From: Acanthaster planci
Lineage: Eukaryota
DNA length: 64,000 nucleotides
Reading direction: 5' to 3'
Assembly (NCBI RefSeq): GCF_001949145.1
Contig: NW_019091361.1
Span: forward strand, 1,329,588 to 1,393,587
Part shown: positions 39,281-51,803 of the stretch, piece after piece
How the letters are laid out: the number at the start of each line of letters is the position of its first letter
How positions within the stretch are numbered: position 1 is the stretch's first letter
The notes under the pieces: model-generated
The model's input: the letters and a program-made list of their open reading frames with translations, nothing else
Database searches by the model: none
Told to the model about the DNA's origin: nothing
Translations under genes and position numbers: made by a program

Positions 39281-42200
39281 CTGTGGTTGGATGGATACAG
39301 GGAATAAATGGAGGTCAAAGAAGGTCCACCCATATGCATACTGGTAATGTACATGTAGATGTACACATGTGAAGTTGTGAACCTTGTGTGGGATAAAGCC
39401 AGGTCCACAGACTCTGTACTAGGTTCTCTCTCTCTAAAATAGAGGCAATTTGGGGTGCTGGACGTTTCTGTATCAAAATGAAGAGGAAAAGTAAGGGATC
39501 CACCAAAAGAATGCAGCTCAAAAGAGTGTTCCCAGTTTGAGAAAAAAAAATCATTTCCTTTAATTTTTAAAACTACACAAAAACAAATGAATATTCGTAC
39601 TACATACAGTGCTAATGTTATACATGTACATGTACAAAATACATGGATGTGGGTAATGGTACACGCCAGCAAAACTACATGCACTGGTATGTTTGTATTT
39701 TATTTCTCTTTGAATTTATCTGACTTGAGTTCTCAACTTTGGTTGCATGGCAACATTGCAGGGAATGACATGTCTGGATCATTTCTCTTACTAATATCAA
39801 TTCAGTCTTCAGCCCTCACTGTTTGCAGTGGATCACTTCTCAAAAAGTTTTGCAATGCATAATTATTATCATAACAACAACAGTGACAGAATGGTTTTAA
39901 AAATGGGGGGGGGAGCCAGGCCATCAGACTGAAAAAAAGAATACAATTATGAAGTTGCAATGTACAGGGATGTGAGTGGCCACTTAAAATTAAAGCAGAA
40001 AACAGCTAGGAAAAAGCTGAGATGTAAAATGTTTACAAACTTTTGTACAGACTAGGTGTAATAAGAAGCTGAAATTCAGGGTCAACATCTAAACAAAAAA
40101 AGCTGAAATCAGCTAAAAAGCTGAATTCTCACACCCCTGAATGTACCTCCAACGGCTGGTAGGCCTATAAAGTGGGGGGGGGGAATAAATACCTTTTCAA
40201 AGGTGGGGGGGTCAATGGTCTTTTGTTAAGAATACAGTCTTTTGTTACAAGGCCCAGTTCCCTTTGTCCGATTGAAGAGACCCCGGCCACGCGTATAAAG
40301 AATACGTGTCTGAAACGGAAAACCCCGGGCGGCAACTGGTTATGGTAATTTAAAGGCAAGGTAAAATTAGACGTAAAAACCAATTTTTTTCACGTCAGCA
40401 TTCCATGTGAAGTTTATCTTATGCACAACACGATTATTCAATTCAATCCACAGCCATTGTTGTTTACAAAGAATATAATAATTCATCTGTTGTGGTCTTG
40501 CATTGAAACCAGATCAACTCAGCATTTGAACTGTCTGGCCCTCACTCTGCACAACCTACACATGTATTTGTGGCACTTCCCTGTATGCTTCAAGATGATG
40601 AAGACTGTGGAGACGTTTAACAAGACAGAGGTCCCTAGATACAAATCACTGACAAGACAAATCCGTCTGCCAGGCATCTCCGCTCCTTCTCCAAGATGAC
40701 AAAGGTCCTCCTTGCTCTCTCATTCACTCAACGACTCTCTCCCTGACCACAAAAGCTTGCGTATGCTCTCTCGTGTACGTACACGTGTACACCAGGCAAA
40801 CGTTCTTCCTTCCTCTCCCCCCCTCTGATTCCGGCACTGCATTGATCACCGGGGAGTTGGAGACAACGTCCGACTGCTGACAGAGGAAACATCCCCCAGA
40901 TGAGGAGATGAAGAATGATGATAACCGAGGGGACGCGGAATAGGACCTTTTCATCGGTTGTTTGGCAAAGCGATATCAATGTTAATGGGCTGGGGAATTC
41001 CGGGGAGGCTTTTTGAAAAACTGAAAACCAAGAAAAGAAAAAAAAAAGCCTATGAATTGGAATGAGGATCTATCAGCAGTGAGATGGGGACGCCGCTTTG
41101 GGTCTGGCTTTCATGAGATGCTGCAAAACAAGCCAAGCACGCATGTCATCGGGTGAGGATGTTTTGACAGTGCTTTCTTCTGCAGAGTGATGACGACGTG
41201 TTGGATACTGGCTGACAGCAAAAGGCAACAAAGTTGAATATTTGATGCGAAAACCAGTGGTCTTGTAAATGACATTTCTTTTCAATGTGTGCACGTACCG
41301 TGTCTAGGTTTTCATGCCGGTTATGCCGAGATTAATTTTGAAATTGCAAACTAGAAGTACCGGTTTGACAGCATATCACAGCATCAAATATTTAATCATT
41401 TGTTGCAGGGTTTTCGTTTGTAATTTGTGAAAAAAAATTAATTGTGATTTTTCTCTCAAAATGCGATATCTTTACCATGTCATTCTTGTCAGTCTTGAGA
41501 AGGGGATATGTGGTCACTGTTTATCAACCAAACCAAAGCCAAGCTTCTTTTAGCAATGGGCATGATTTTGGTCTAAGTGGCAGAATATACATGTACACTA
41601 CTGTACAGTATCTTTTGTACTCTTTCAATAATAGGACTATTTCAAGCTCAGCTCTCTAGGCATTAGCTGGGCTGGTTACATGGTACCTGGTAGGAAGCCC
41701 CCAATTCTATTTTTAGGTGCAGTGCGCACACGTCAGATAAAAGCATTCCACATGCCTCATCATTACATGTTCATGTACTTATTTTGTACCATACATGAAT
41801 GGGCGTCAGCAAGTACCAGTGTTTCGACATCCAGTTTTCCATCCATTTCATGAGCATGTAAAACACACTTGGGGTTTCCAGTTTGCACAAGCTTTCATAA
41901 AAGAGGGCCAATATCTTCTTCTTGTGTATGCTTCTGGGAGGGGAGCGTGGTTAGAGAAAAGAGTACATTTTGATGGTTAACTCTGTAACCAGTGTCATTT
42001 GTGTCTTTATGGATTGCATTTTTAACACAATCTGATGAAGTTATTCCTTTTGATTCAGCAGGCTTATACATGCAGAGGTATATATTTTATTGCTTCAAGC
42101 CTATTAAATCAAATGCAATGTATCCATATGAAATAAGAGGGTGATGAACGCAACCTTCCACTTGACAGAGTGCCTATCCAATAGATCACGACCGTGTATC

Positions 42201-44831
42201 GAGGTCACATTAAGGGCAACACGGCCTCATCATGGAGGTAATTACCCACTCAGAGAGCAGCCCAGCAATCAGCGGTTAAAACAGTGTGTCTGTGAACACG
42301 TATGCCATCAACGTCACTGGGACGTAGTTATACAGCTAAGCGTGGCCTGTCGGTCTGTCTACTTGTCTTGGGCCATCTGATGTGAGGTCGAAGAGATATG
42401 GCCCACCGAGGCAGATCTCCGGCCCAGGCTATATACGCATGGCTGAGCACCGATTGCTCTGCCGAGAATCAATGCTATTCTGGCCCCAGGGGTAGGCAGA
42501 CAACTAGTGCGAATACATGTACCTATGATTGCGATGGGCGAATTGCTTGTTTTGATCGCAGCGATAGCCTGTGATGTTTTCCAGCCCCACTTTTTTCTAA
42601 TGGGACCCGTGACTAGCAAAAAATCTACATTTAAATTTTCCATCGGGGCAAGTGAATGTATAATTTGGATAACAAGATTTGTCTATCAAAGCGGTTTTTT
42701 TTTTCTGCTGAAGATCTGTTCTGTGTATGTATTCATCATGACACGCAAGCCTATCATCAAGGGAAAAAAATTAAATTAAAATGTAAATATGAAGTACACG
42801 TACATGTATGAACATGTCGCAAATAGGTTTCACTTTGCCCAATAAAGCAAGTTTATGATACAGAGAAACTTGAGCACACTATACACAAAGTAGTATCCAA
42901 ATTGTGGGTAGGGGACAAAAAGGGCCAAAAAAAGTAATTTGCAAAAAAAAACTAACTCCATTTGTTTCCCTAAATATTAAAAAAAAATATATAAAATTTA
43001 CTTCCAGTTTTTATTGGATGAGGTGTTTACTCTTTTATTTTAGACATGGCAAAATGGCAAAAAAAAAGAAGTGAGGGATGACTATGGTCCCATTCTTTTG
43101 CAAAATGCAGGTAAAACTGCCAGTCACCAATCTTGCCAAACAGCAAATATTCACAAACTAAGGCTATAACCCTGAGCTATTGGCCAGAAAAAAATTCATT
43201 GCAGGCATTAGCTGTAAAAGTGCACACTGAGCTAAAACTCTGGGTACTCTTTCAAATTTGGCAAGCCGAAGCACTGTTAATACCTGGAAGTGCCTGGATG
43301 GGACATTAGGGAGACATGCCCAAGGATGTGTGTATATGTACGTGTACAAACCTTTCCAAGCATGTAACCCAAACCAGGAAAACCTAAACCCAAACATTCT
43401 GGAACCTATTTTGTGTCCCCAAAGAATGTACCGGTAACTTTCCCACTCCAAAAAATCTCCTTTGAGGACAAAGAACCCTTTGGACTGCAATGATTTGAAA
43501 TCAACGGTTTCAAATTTCTAAACCTTAACATAAAATTAACATGCCTCTATACGTGTCCATTGACTGTAATACATATACATCATTCCAGGTTGTACTTGCA
43601 TACACAGGTCCGGATCCGGGGGGGGTCTATCCCCCCGCTCGGACACCAAATCTAAAAAAAAAATTAAAATATTAATATAAAAGATGACATGCATCAAGAG
43701 TTATCATTTCTGAGCACATAAGTAACAATTTGATGTATTATAGCGTGTATGTACGTGTACTTTGTGGCATGTAAAAAAAAATCTGATAGGCCTGACCCCC
43801 CTGGAAAAATGTCTGCATCCGCCCCAGATAAATGTACTAAGTGCAGTGTTTGCACACTGCAATTGGGTTCTGTGTAAATTTCATTTATAAGGTAAAAAAA
43901 TAACACCAATTCTGAAACACACTGCGAACTTACCTCGTAAATTGTCACAAAAACATTTTGTACATTTATACTGTAGGTACCTCAACTTTATTGTCGTCGT
44001 GTATAAACATATACCTGTGCACTTATATGAAGACATGAATGATGCAGTTTCACAACCACAGAGGGACGAGGAATCTTGCTTATAGAATGACGTGTACATG
44101 TACATCAACTGTTTCTATTATCCCGAACCACGCCTAAATACCTTTATATCAAGTGGCACTGGGAAAAAATTTTTTCCTATCAAGTTTTCCCTGTTAAAAT
44201 TTTTCCTGGTAAAACGATCTGAATATCTTTCTTCCCAACTTGAAAGTGCAAATGAATGTTCCAGCCACTCCCAAAGAAAGGCCAGGTGAGCTAGCTCATC
44301 TGGTTGACATGAAACATGCATACATTATATATATTATGACGTCTGTTATGTACACAGTGGTGATGATATTGATGGATGGATGGACATACACAAACACACC
44401 AGTGCATGCTGGAACTAACATAAATTTGTCAACAGTGAAGTCACTCCATACAAGAAACAGCTGCGATCAAACAAAAACCATGACAGTTTCCATTTTCATA
44501 AACTTTACGGGCAATGTGCCATGATGTTTTGCCTGCTGGCAGTGATACATGTTCACGTATATGCACACGCTTGCCAAAACTCTGAGCAGTACAGTGTGGG
44601 CATCTTGGTAAGATTTTTTTTACTCTATAAAATAATTTGAGATTAAAACTGCTGGTACATTTGATGATTGATTGTATCTGAACACAGAGAGAAAGCACAT
44701 GTGCTGTAGAACACCTCTGGGCAAAGTGCATGATGCTTATCATGCAACAACATTCACCCTCTATCCCAGAATGCAAGGAGAGACTGCCTTATCAAGAGGT
44801 TGCCAACGGAGCAGGTTCAACTGACTCTTAC

Positions 44832-44924
44832 CCGCTTGATCTTTTTGATGTTCTCTGGCTCCTCCGAGAAATGTTCATGGATGGAATTGGACAGCTTCCG
44901 CTCTTTCTTCTGAAGCATGTGCAG
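44832..44924 (-). CDS. RASGRF: RasGRF exon: linker before IQ motif
   Basis: LHMLQKKERKLSNSIHEHFSEEPENIKKIKR; ttttgcttcag acceptor, gtaaga donor; 93 nt, phase 0 to 0. Confidence 0.9.
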
Positions 44925-45432
44925 CTGAAGCAAAAAAGATACAAGAGCACAGAAACCTTAAACTGACAGTGATCAATTGACAATGTATCATCTCCAGTTT
45001 ATGTACAGTGTTAGTCCACTGAGTTTAAAGTTCGGCAGTTTGATTGCTGGACTCCATCTCTAGGTGATCCACCATCGTGTCAGGTTATGGAAAAAATGGG
45101 AATCGTTGTCTGCTGGTACATACAGCTACATGTATATACATGTAGTCCAGATACATGTATTTATCATTGGATGCTAATCAGCCAAAAAATGACCAAATAA
45201 TCAATTTCAGGAGAAAAGAAATTATTGGGAAATTATGGGGAAAGGGTCAGGCAATGACGAAAAGCTCTCAAGCAATTTCTTATTTCAGGCATAGCAACAG
45301 CAACCTTTGGCATTTGGGGCTTTGAGCTTTCGGTATTTGGGATTCTAGTTTTGGGGGTGTTGATTTTTATTTTGAGTAATTTGTTTTGTTTAGGATGGGG
45401 GGGGGAGTTGATTTAGTTCAATTATCACCAAC

Positions 45433-45580
45433 CTCGGCTTTAAGTCGTACAACCTCCTTAGTCAGGTCCTCACACTGTTGACGCAGTCCAAGTTTAGCTG
45501 TCTTCTCACTGTCCAAGATCTGCAAAAGATGCAGATACTTCTGCTCCAATTCCTCTTTCTCCAGTAGGAGTGTGTTGAAG
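45433..45580 (-). CDS. RASGRF: RasGRF exon: coiled coil
   Basis: Manual translation (S)FNTLLLEKEELEQKYLHLLQILDSEKTAKLGLRQQCEDLTKEVVRLKAE, with the QKYLHLLQI motif; 148 nt, phase 2 to 0; not in the ORF track. Confidence 0.93.
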
Positions 45581-48404
45581 CTGGGTGTACAGGGACAAGT
45601 GAGTTTAAAAGTCAGTGAAAGAGTTCTTCCTCATGTTTATATACTTCTGACTCATACAGTACATCACCATATCTGAGTGGTATAATGGCAGACATTTGTA
45701 TGATACATGTACTAAGGGATTTGCACGTACAGGTACCTGCACTGGCGACCAGCAAGCACACTTTATTAGGGGCCACTGTACATGTGTATATGTTGCACAT
45801 ATTTGTCAGAGAGAAAGTCCTCTAACTCACAGCAATGGTGGGATTATGGTACGTGTACATCCATTGCAACTCAATAAAACTTACATACATTACTCAAATA
45901 TGTGTGTGTATGTAAAGGAGACAGCAAAAGTCAGTGTTATTCTTTCTAAACTGTAGCAATCCTGTTGGTTCTCGTACATTTACATTAGTAACTGAGCTGC
46001 TGACTGAACTCCAAACTGGTTCCAGTAACTTCGGGCTGGTTTCTGTCAGGCCATAATTGTGCAAACCTTTTTGCATCTTTCTCCTGTCTCTACTTTTTGA
46101 GTGGCTTGTTGTCCCCTCTCCTAACTTTGGATCCCTATATGTACATGTACCAGGAGGCAGAATGGGCAAGTCTGATCAGGGGTTGGAAGGAGGAAGGAGG
46201 GGTATATCATGTACATGTAGCTGGTCCTCCACTGCATGCCTGCAGCCAGTTGGGACTACAAATAAAACATGTACATGTGTACATGTAAAATGCTGAGGAG
46301 CATTTCCAGGAAGGGGGAATGTCCCCACCGCAAGAGTGTGCCAAAGATGCACCTCACACTATCCCCACTGCCCTCCCCTCCAACATCCTGGAAGTTACAT
46401 GTAGATCCGCTCCTGATGTACACACCCAGCATACTCAACCTGCCCCATCTGCATTTTCAAAAAAGTCACATACATGTGACCATTGAAGTGGACGGTACGC
46501 ATTGCAGATTGCACTTTGGGTGTGTTGAGACAATGAAAGCTCTCATTTGAAGAAGTGGATCATAACATCACACCATGCTGAGAGCTTGGAGGGACCGGCT
46601 ATGGGAATTCCCCTTCCTTTCCCAAGAACTTTATGCACTGTACCGGTACTTAACAAATATATCATCAGCTGATTGAACTACATGTAATAATTGCCAATTG
46701 CTTAGTAAGACAAAGCGGCCCATGCGAATAATACAAACTCTACGCAGCATGCAAACAGGCACAACGTAGTTTCAAATGTTTCCTCCAACAAAGCTCGTTT
46801 TTCACAAAGCAAAGTATATACACAGTTCTGGTACATGTAGCAAAGAATGAACCAATCCATTTCGGCTTGGTCAACAAGTCAAGTTTGATGAAATGTGTCA
46901 ATTGACAGTGGAAATAAAACCAAAAGAGATTAGTCAAAAAGAAGCCTCATTAGGGTTTTGTGAAAAAATGGAGAAGGCAGTAAGTATTTTTTAAAAATTC
47001 CTTTCTTTTACCGCATATAATTGGTAAGATACATGTACACGTAACTCTGGACTCAAGTGACAGGAGTTTCCCAATTTACATGTAACAGGTTTTCAGCTTC
47101 ATAATGCATGGTGCATTTATGTCATTAAAAAACAAATTAGAAGTCGAACTATTTTGAAAATTTTTCCGAAAACAGAAAAAGAGCTGGGTGAAAGAAAACA
47201 AAGTTACCCTGTACAAATGTAGGCAGTAATGACCCTAACAAAATTCTTCATCTGTGAATTATAGCAAAAGAAGACTTAATCCAGTATGTCTGTATATTGT
47301 ACAAGGTCCCTAATCCAATTAAAGTATCCAAATAAAGCAGTAAATTGCTGTTTTTACGAACAACACACTTTGGCAAGTACCGGGTATATCGCGTACCAGT
47401 ATAACAGTACAATAAGTACCTACATCTCATCATGTAGCAGACCAGCATATATGTACACCACAGAAAACAAAAATTTAACATCTCCATGGCAGACATGGTA
47501 TGTAAACACTGAACAATAGCTTTGATAACCAGGCCAGTCTAGACAACTTTAAGGCTCCATATAGATCCAGCTTGGATATATGCCAACTCCTTCACATGTT
47601 TGACATCGGATGGGATCTTTATGTGGGCGTGTACATATTTATTGATCTCTCTGGACTGTTAGAGGCCAGGACCCGGCACCTGAAATCCCATCTGCCGGTG
47701 CAGCAGCCCGAGCACCGCCATAATCACTTGACTTTATGGCAGGGCCTTCACCAGGGTGTAATTCACCACCAGTTGACATGCACTCGATGAGCGCAGTACA
47801 ATTTGACTTCAAAGTGGCAGAGTTCCAAGCCTTGCCATATGCAGAGTATTTTGAGTCTTGAATTTCTGACTAAAGATGGAAGGCCAAGGAACTGAAATGT
47901 ACTTAATAGACAATCAGTTCAAACTAAAAACCTGCACTCAAACATGTACCGGCATGGGACATTTTCACGACTGGCATGACACTGCTGAGGTCATCGTCTA
48001 TGGTACATCGCAACAATGGTATTGGAAACCTTGCATCTCAACAGCAGAAATTATGGTAACACAAATACTTGCAACACTTGTGTATCGGAGCAAAATAATT
48101 GAGCAGGGGGCAAGGTACCGGGGCATGTACCGGTACATGTATGCGATACAGTACATCGCATCAAATTTAACGGATGAAATGTGGCAGGGCCTGCATCTTT
48201 GCCTCAAGGAATGTTGGGAGCAGTTTGTCAGCTCTTTAGGTTGAGCAAACTTTAATTTCCTTGAAAGGTTGTTCCTTCAAGATGAGGTCTCAGCAGGAGC
48301 TATAAAAGCTTCAAAGTAAGAAAAACAACAACCAAGAAAAAACAGAAAGCAAACAAATATTAAACGTGTACAAGTACAGTAATTATAAAGATAAACAAGG
48401 AAAT

Positions 48405-48477
48405 TGACTGGAGCAGGATTTGAACCTGTGACCTCTGGAATGCCACAGCAGTGCTCTATCAACTGAACTATCCCGCC
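48405..48477 (-). repeat. tRNA-like sequence (pseudo-tRNA or SINE part)
   Basis: GGCGGGATAGTTCAGTTGATAGAGC...ACAGGTTCAAATCCTGCTCCAGTCA; D and T arms pair, anticodon stem is broken. Confidence 0.65.
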
Positions 48478-49694
48478 CTGCATTGGCGTCTCTTCCCATT
48501 TGTCAGTTATCTTTGCTCGGATATATATCGAGGTGCTCGTTAGAAGCCATGAAACCTGAAACACCACACAGCCAGGTATCCCGCCCCAATTATACATGAT
48601 GCAACCTGGGAAGTGTGCACAAAATAAGGATCACTTGGGGAGGATACCTCTTTTTGAACACAAATCATGAAACAATGCTTGAGAGTCCATGGGTCCTTTA
48701 CACAAGGCTCGGTGAATGCATGATATGGACGTATCTGCACCTGCTATGATTTGGCAAGGTTTCGGTTTCATGAGAACAAATAATTGGCACACACCAGGGA
48801 TCCAGATTCCACCTACCTGAATTGGATTCTGAATGTACATGTATGTAATGTATACTCTCAAACATAAAACATGCCACAATATCATAACAGCGGGGTCTAT
48901 AACTCTGGAAATCATGCCTTTGCACTTTGTATTATTACATGTACATGTATGTCAGTCAACGATGTCTGAGCACGTCTGATGGTGACAGACATTCTTTGAA
49001 CATGTTCAACTCAGTCGTACATGTACATGTAAGAATTATGCAAAACTGGAAACATCCTACCGGTATGTTGGCGAGGTAAATGTGGTACGTGGTGTACCAC
49101 TTGCATGTCACTATGGCATTGGAATAATGGCTTCTTAGGCCGTGTCCGAAGCGGGATTCCAGAGCTACTGCTAGGTCTATTGTCTGCGTGTCATCACACA
49201 TTTCCAATGGAGTGAAGACCTAGACCTAGCACTAGACAACAGATTTGGATGCAGCCTAAATTTGGTCTATGTACCGTAAGCCAATGGTGTAAATGAGTTC
49301 ATTACATATATGTCTTACCGAAGTATATCACAAGACATCCGGTCTTCAGCCAAATAACAAGCTATTCAAATGAACTGTGACAAAAGTGTGTCTTTCTCAC
49401 TGGTCATTCTCTGATTTAGAACTGCTCACGTGACGGAAGTCTTATGACCAGATGTTGATCTTGTGACTAGACTTGTGAAAGGACACATTTACGATGGGCT
49501 GGACTAAAACATACAGTCCTAATAGCCCTTTCTAATCATGTGCAGCAAGTCGAAGTGCGAACTACCATTCAATCATAAGAAATCTGACACAGACCATGCT
49601 CATTGGAAACATGTAACAATGCTGATGAAGGGATGAAAAAAATATCCTCTGCCAAGCCACCAAAAGCATGCACTCTAAGTGCAGGAGATTTTAC

Positions 49695-49804
49695 CTGGAA
49701 TGTTGGATGGCATCAATCCATGCATTGCACTCTCCTTCCGTCTCGCATCGAAGTTCATATTGACGCTGGACATCATTCTTGTAGTGAATGGAGATATACC
49801 AGTG
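49695..49804 (-). CDS. RASGRF: RasGRF exon: C-terminal part of PH1 domain (first conserved exon visible; upstream exon is outside the window)
   Basis: HWYISIHYKNDVQRQYELRCETEGECNAWIDAIQHS resembles the RasGRF1/2 PH1 end; atacag acceptor, gtaaaa donor; 110 nt, phase 0 to 2. Confidence 0.9.
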
Positions 49805-51554
49805 CTGTATTAAAGAAATGAACAATACCGAGATGATTGAGAGCAAGAACAAAGTCAAGGTACCGATAGACATAAAAATGATCAAGTGGAAATCGCAAGA
49901 GAAAAATTATCCTCAATACAACTGTTCTTTGCTGATGGAGTTACATGTAAATGACCCAAACTGCATGGCTACATCCAAGGATTTTCTGCCATTTGAGCCA
50001 CAAACAGTAAAACACATGTTCTTCTTGAACTGTTGGACGTTAAGTCGTTCACCTTAACACATGCACTTATTTAATGCACACTTTATATCCATCATCATCA
50101 TTCAGCACATGACCATCAAGAGGGTCGTAGTGACCTCCAGGTACCCCTGTCAAGAGCACTCATATCCAGGCAAATTAAAATCTGAAAAGGGCACATTTGG
50201 ACACTGACCGTATTCATCCAAATAATGACCAGGCACAAAAGCAGACAACACCTCAGTTGATTAATTTATTCTTGCTACATGTACACGTAACTTCCCAAAT
50301 CTTGCCAAAGGACACATTTTTTGTACAACGTATCAACTACATGTATACACTGTAAATGAATGCTGAGTCTTCTTCAGTACGTCCTTCATCCTCCAAAATC
50401 CTTCTTGCTAGAGGATGTAGAAACACAATCTGGTAATTTCAATGTATTTATTCCAATGCAGATAGCTGACTGTTTAAAGCTATCAAGAATTCCCAAGTCT
50501 CTGGTGACAGGGTTATGTACATGTATGTATGCATATATATACATGTACGTACACCTACATATCTCATTTCCAAAATGTTGTCTAATGTACATCCAAAAAG
50601 TCGGCCTATCATCGAGACTGACCGTGTTTGAACTTGGCCAGTATACAGTCTACATGCACGGGGTGCACTGAAGGAAATATCGTCCCATGGTGGGGGCTTC
50701 AAAGTATTGCAAAAAGTGAGCCAAGCAGAGGGGCAGTCATCAGCTGGCGCAGAATGACAAGTCTCTGCCAGGCAGGAGACAAATTACGCACATGTAAACA
50801 AATGAAATTGGAGTGAGAATATCGTGACTGTAAAAATGGCTCCCAACTTATCAGGAGTTAGTATTTGTGCCATTTGGTGCAATTTAAAAACTTTGCCATC
50901 TACGCATCTTGCCTTAATTTGTTCAACAATTAATGCATGCAGAGGTTGAAATCCTTCGGTCAGATTTGGGAGGATCTGGTAGAAGATTTTGGAGTTACAG
51001 AAAGTACAGTACTTGTATAAAGTTATGCATATGCACAAAACTACATGCACTGAATCTGTGTAGTGTGAGAAAGCTCGTTTACTGTATGATGATTAAAAAT
51101 TCTGCAAATTGTCGTAACAATTCACTAATAAATTTGACTTGATTCTGCACTGGTAAATTATGTTACTATTGAACTGCATAATACAATGCACACATCTACC
51201 AGAGTGGTGTCGGGCATAAAATGCAATGAGTGAAACTTACAATTTCTCACTACAAGCATGCTGACAATTCCAATTCTGCAATGCGCCAAGCTTCTCCCTC
51301 CAGGCTAAGAAAGACTCTCAGTTCCTTTAAAACTACCCGTGGCAATGGCAGAAAGACTCATCATGATTTTAGTAAAGTTCCACTAAATTAAATGGACAAA
51401 AGGGCCTGAGGGAACTCAACAGTGTGTGCCGCCGTGTTTGTGTAAGCAGGTTGCCTTCAGACAGTCCATGTAAATGGGGAGTGGGATTTTATGTTGACAA
51501 GTGAATGATTCATAAATATATTACCGCAGAAGTGAAAGTATTTTACCAGTGCAC

Positions 51555-51803
51555 TGGGCCATTCCTTAAATTAGGGGTCCAATTTATTTTGGGTACCATC
51601 ACATCTGACATATGATTTTGTAAGTTCAGAACTTATTCTCTAATTTCCAAGAGTGACGGATTAAGCAAATTACCTGCCAATTAACAATTAGAAATAGTTT
51701 GAAATCAATTTCAGTAACATTTCCATGTCAAATCACACACATCAGGTGTAACAGGGACACAAAAATGTCATACTTTTGGACCCTCTTTCTATAGCATGAC
51801 TCA
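51555..51803 (-). mobile_element. MITE family Y, copy B (inverted)
   Basis: Reverse complement aligns to copies A and C (acatctgacatatgattttgtaagttcaga; taatttccaagagtga). Confidence 0.75.

Noticed and set aside
48405..48477. Functional tRNA gene
   Set aside because: Anticodon stem does not pair and the acceptor stem has a mismatch; treated as a tRNA-like repeat.
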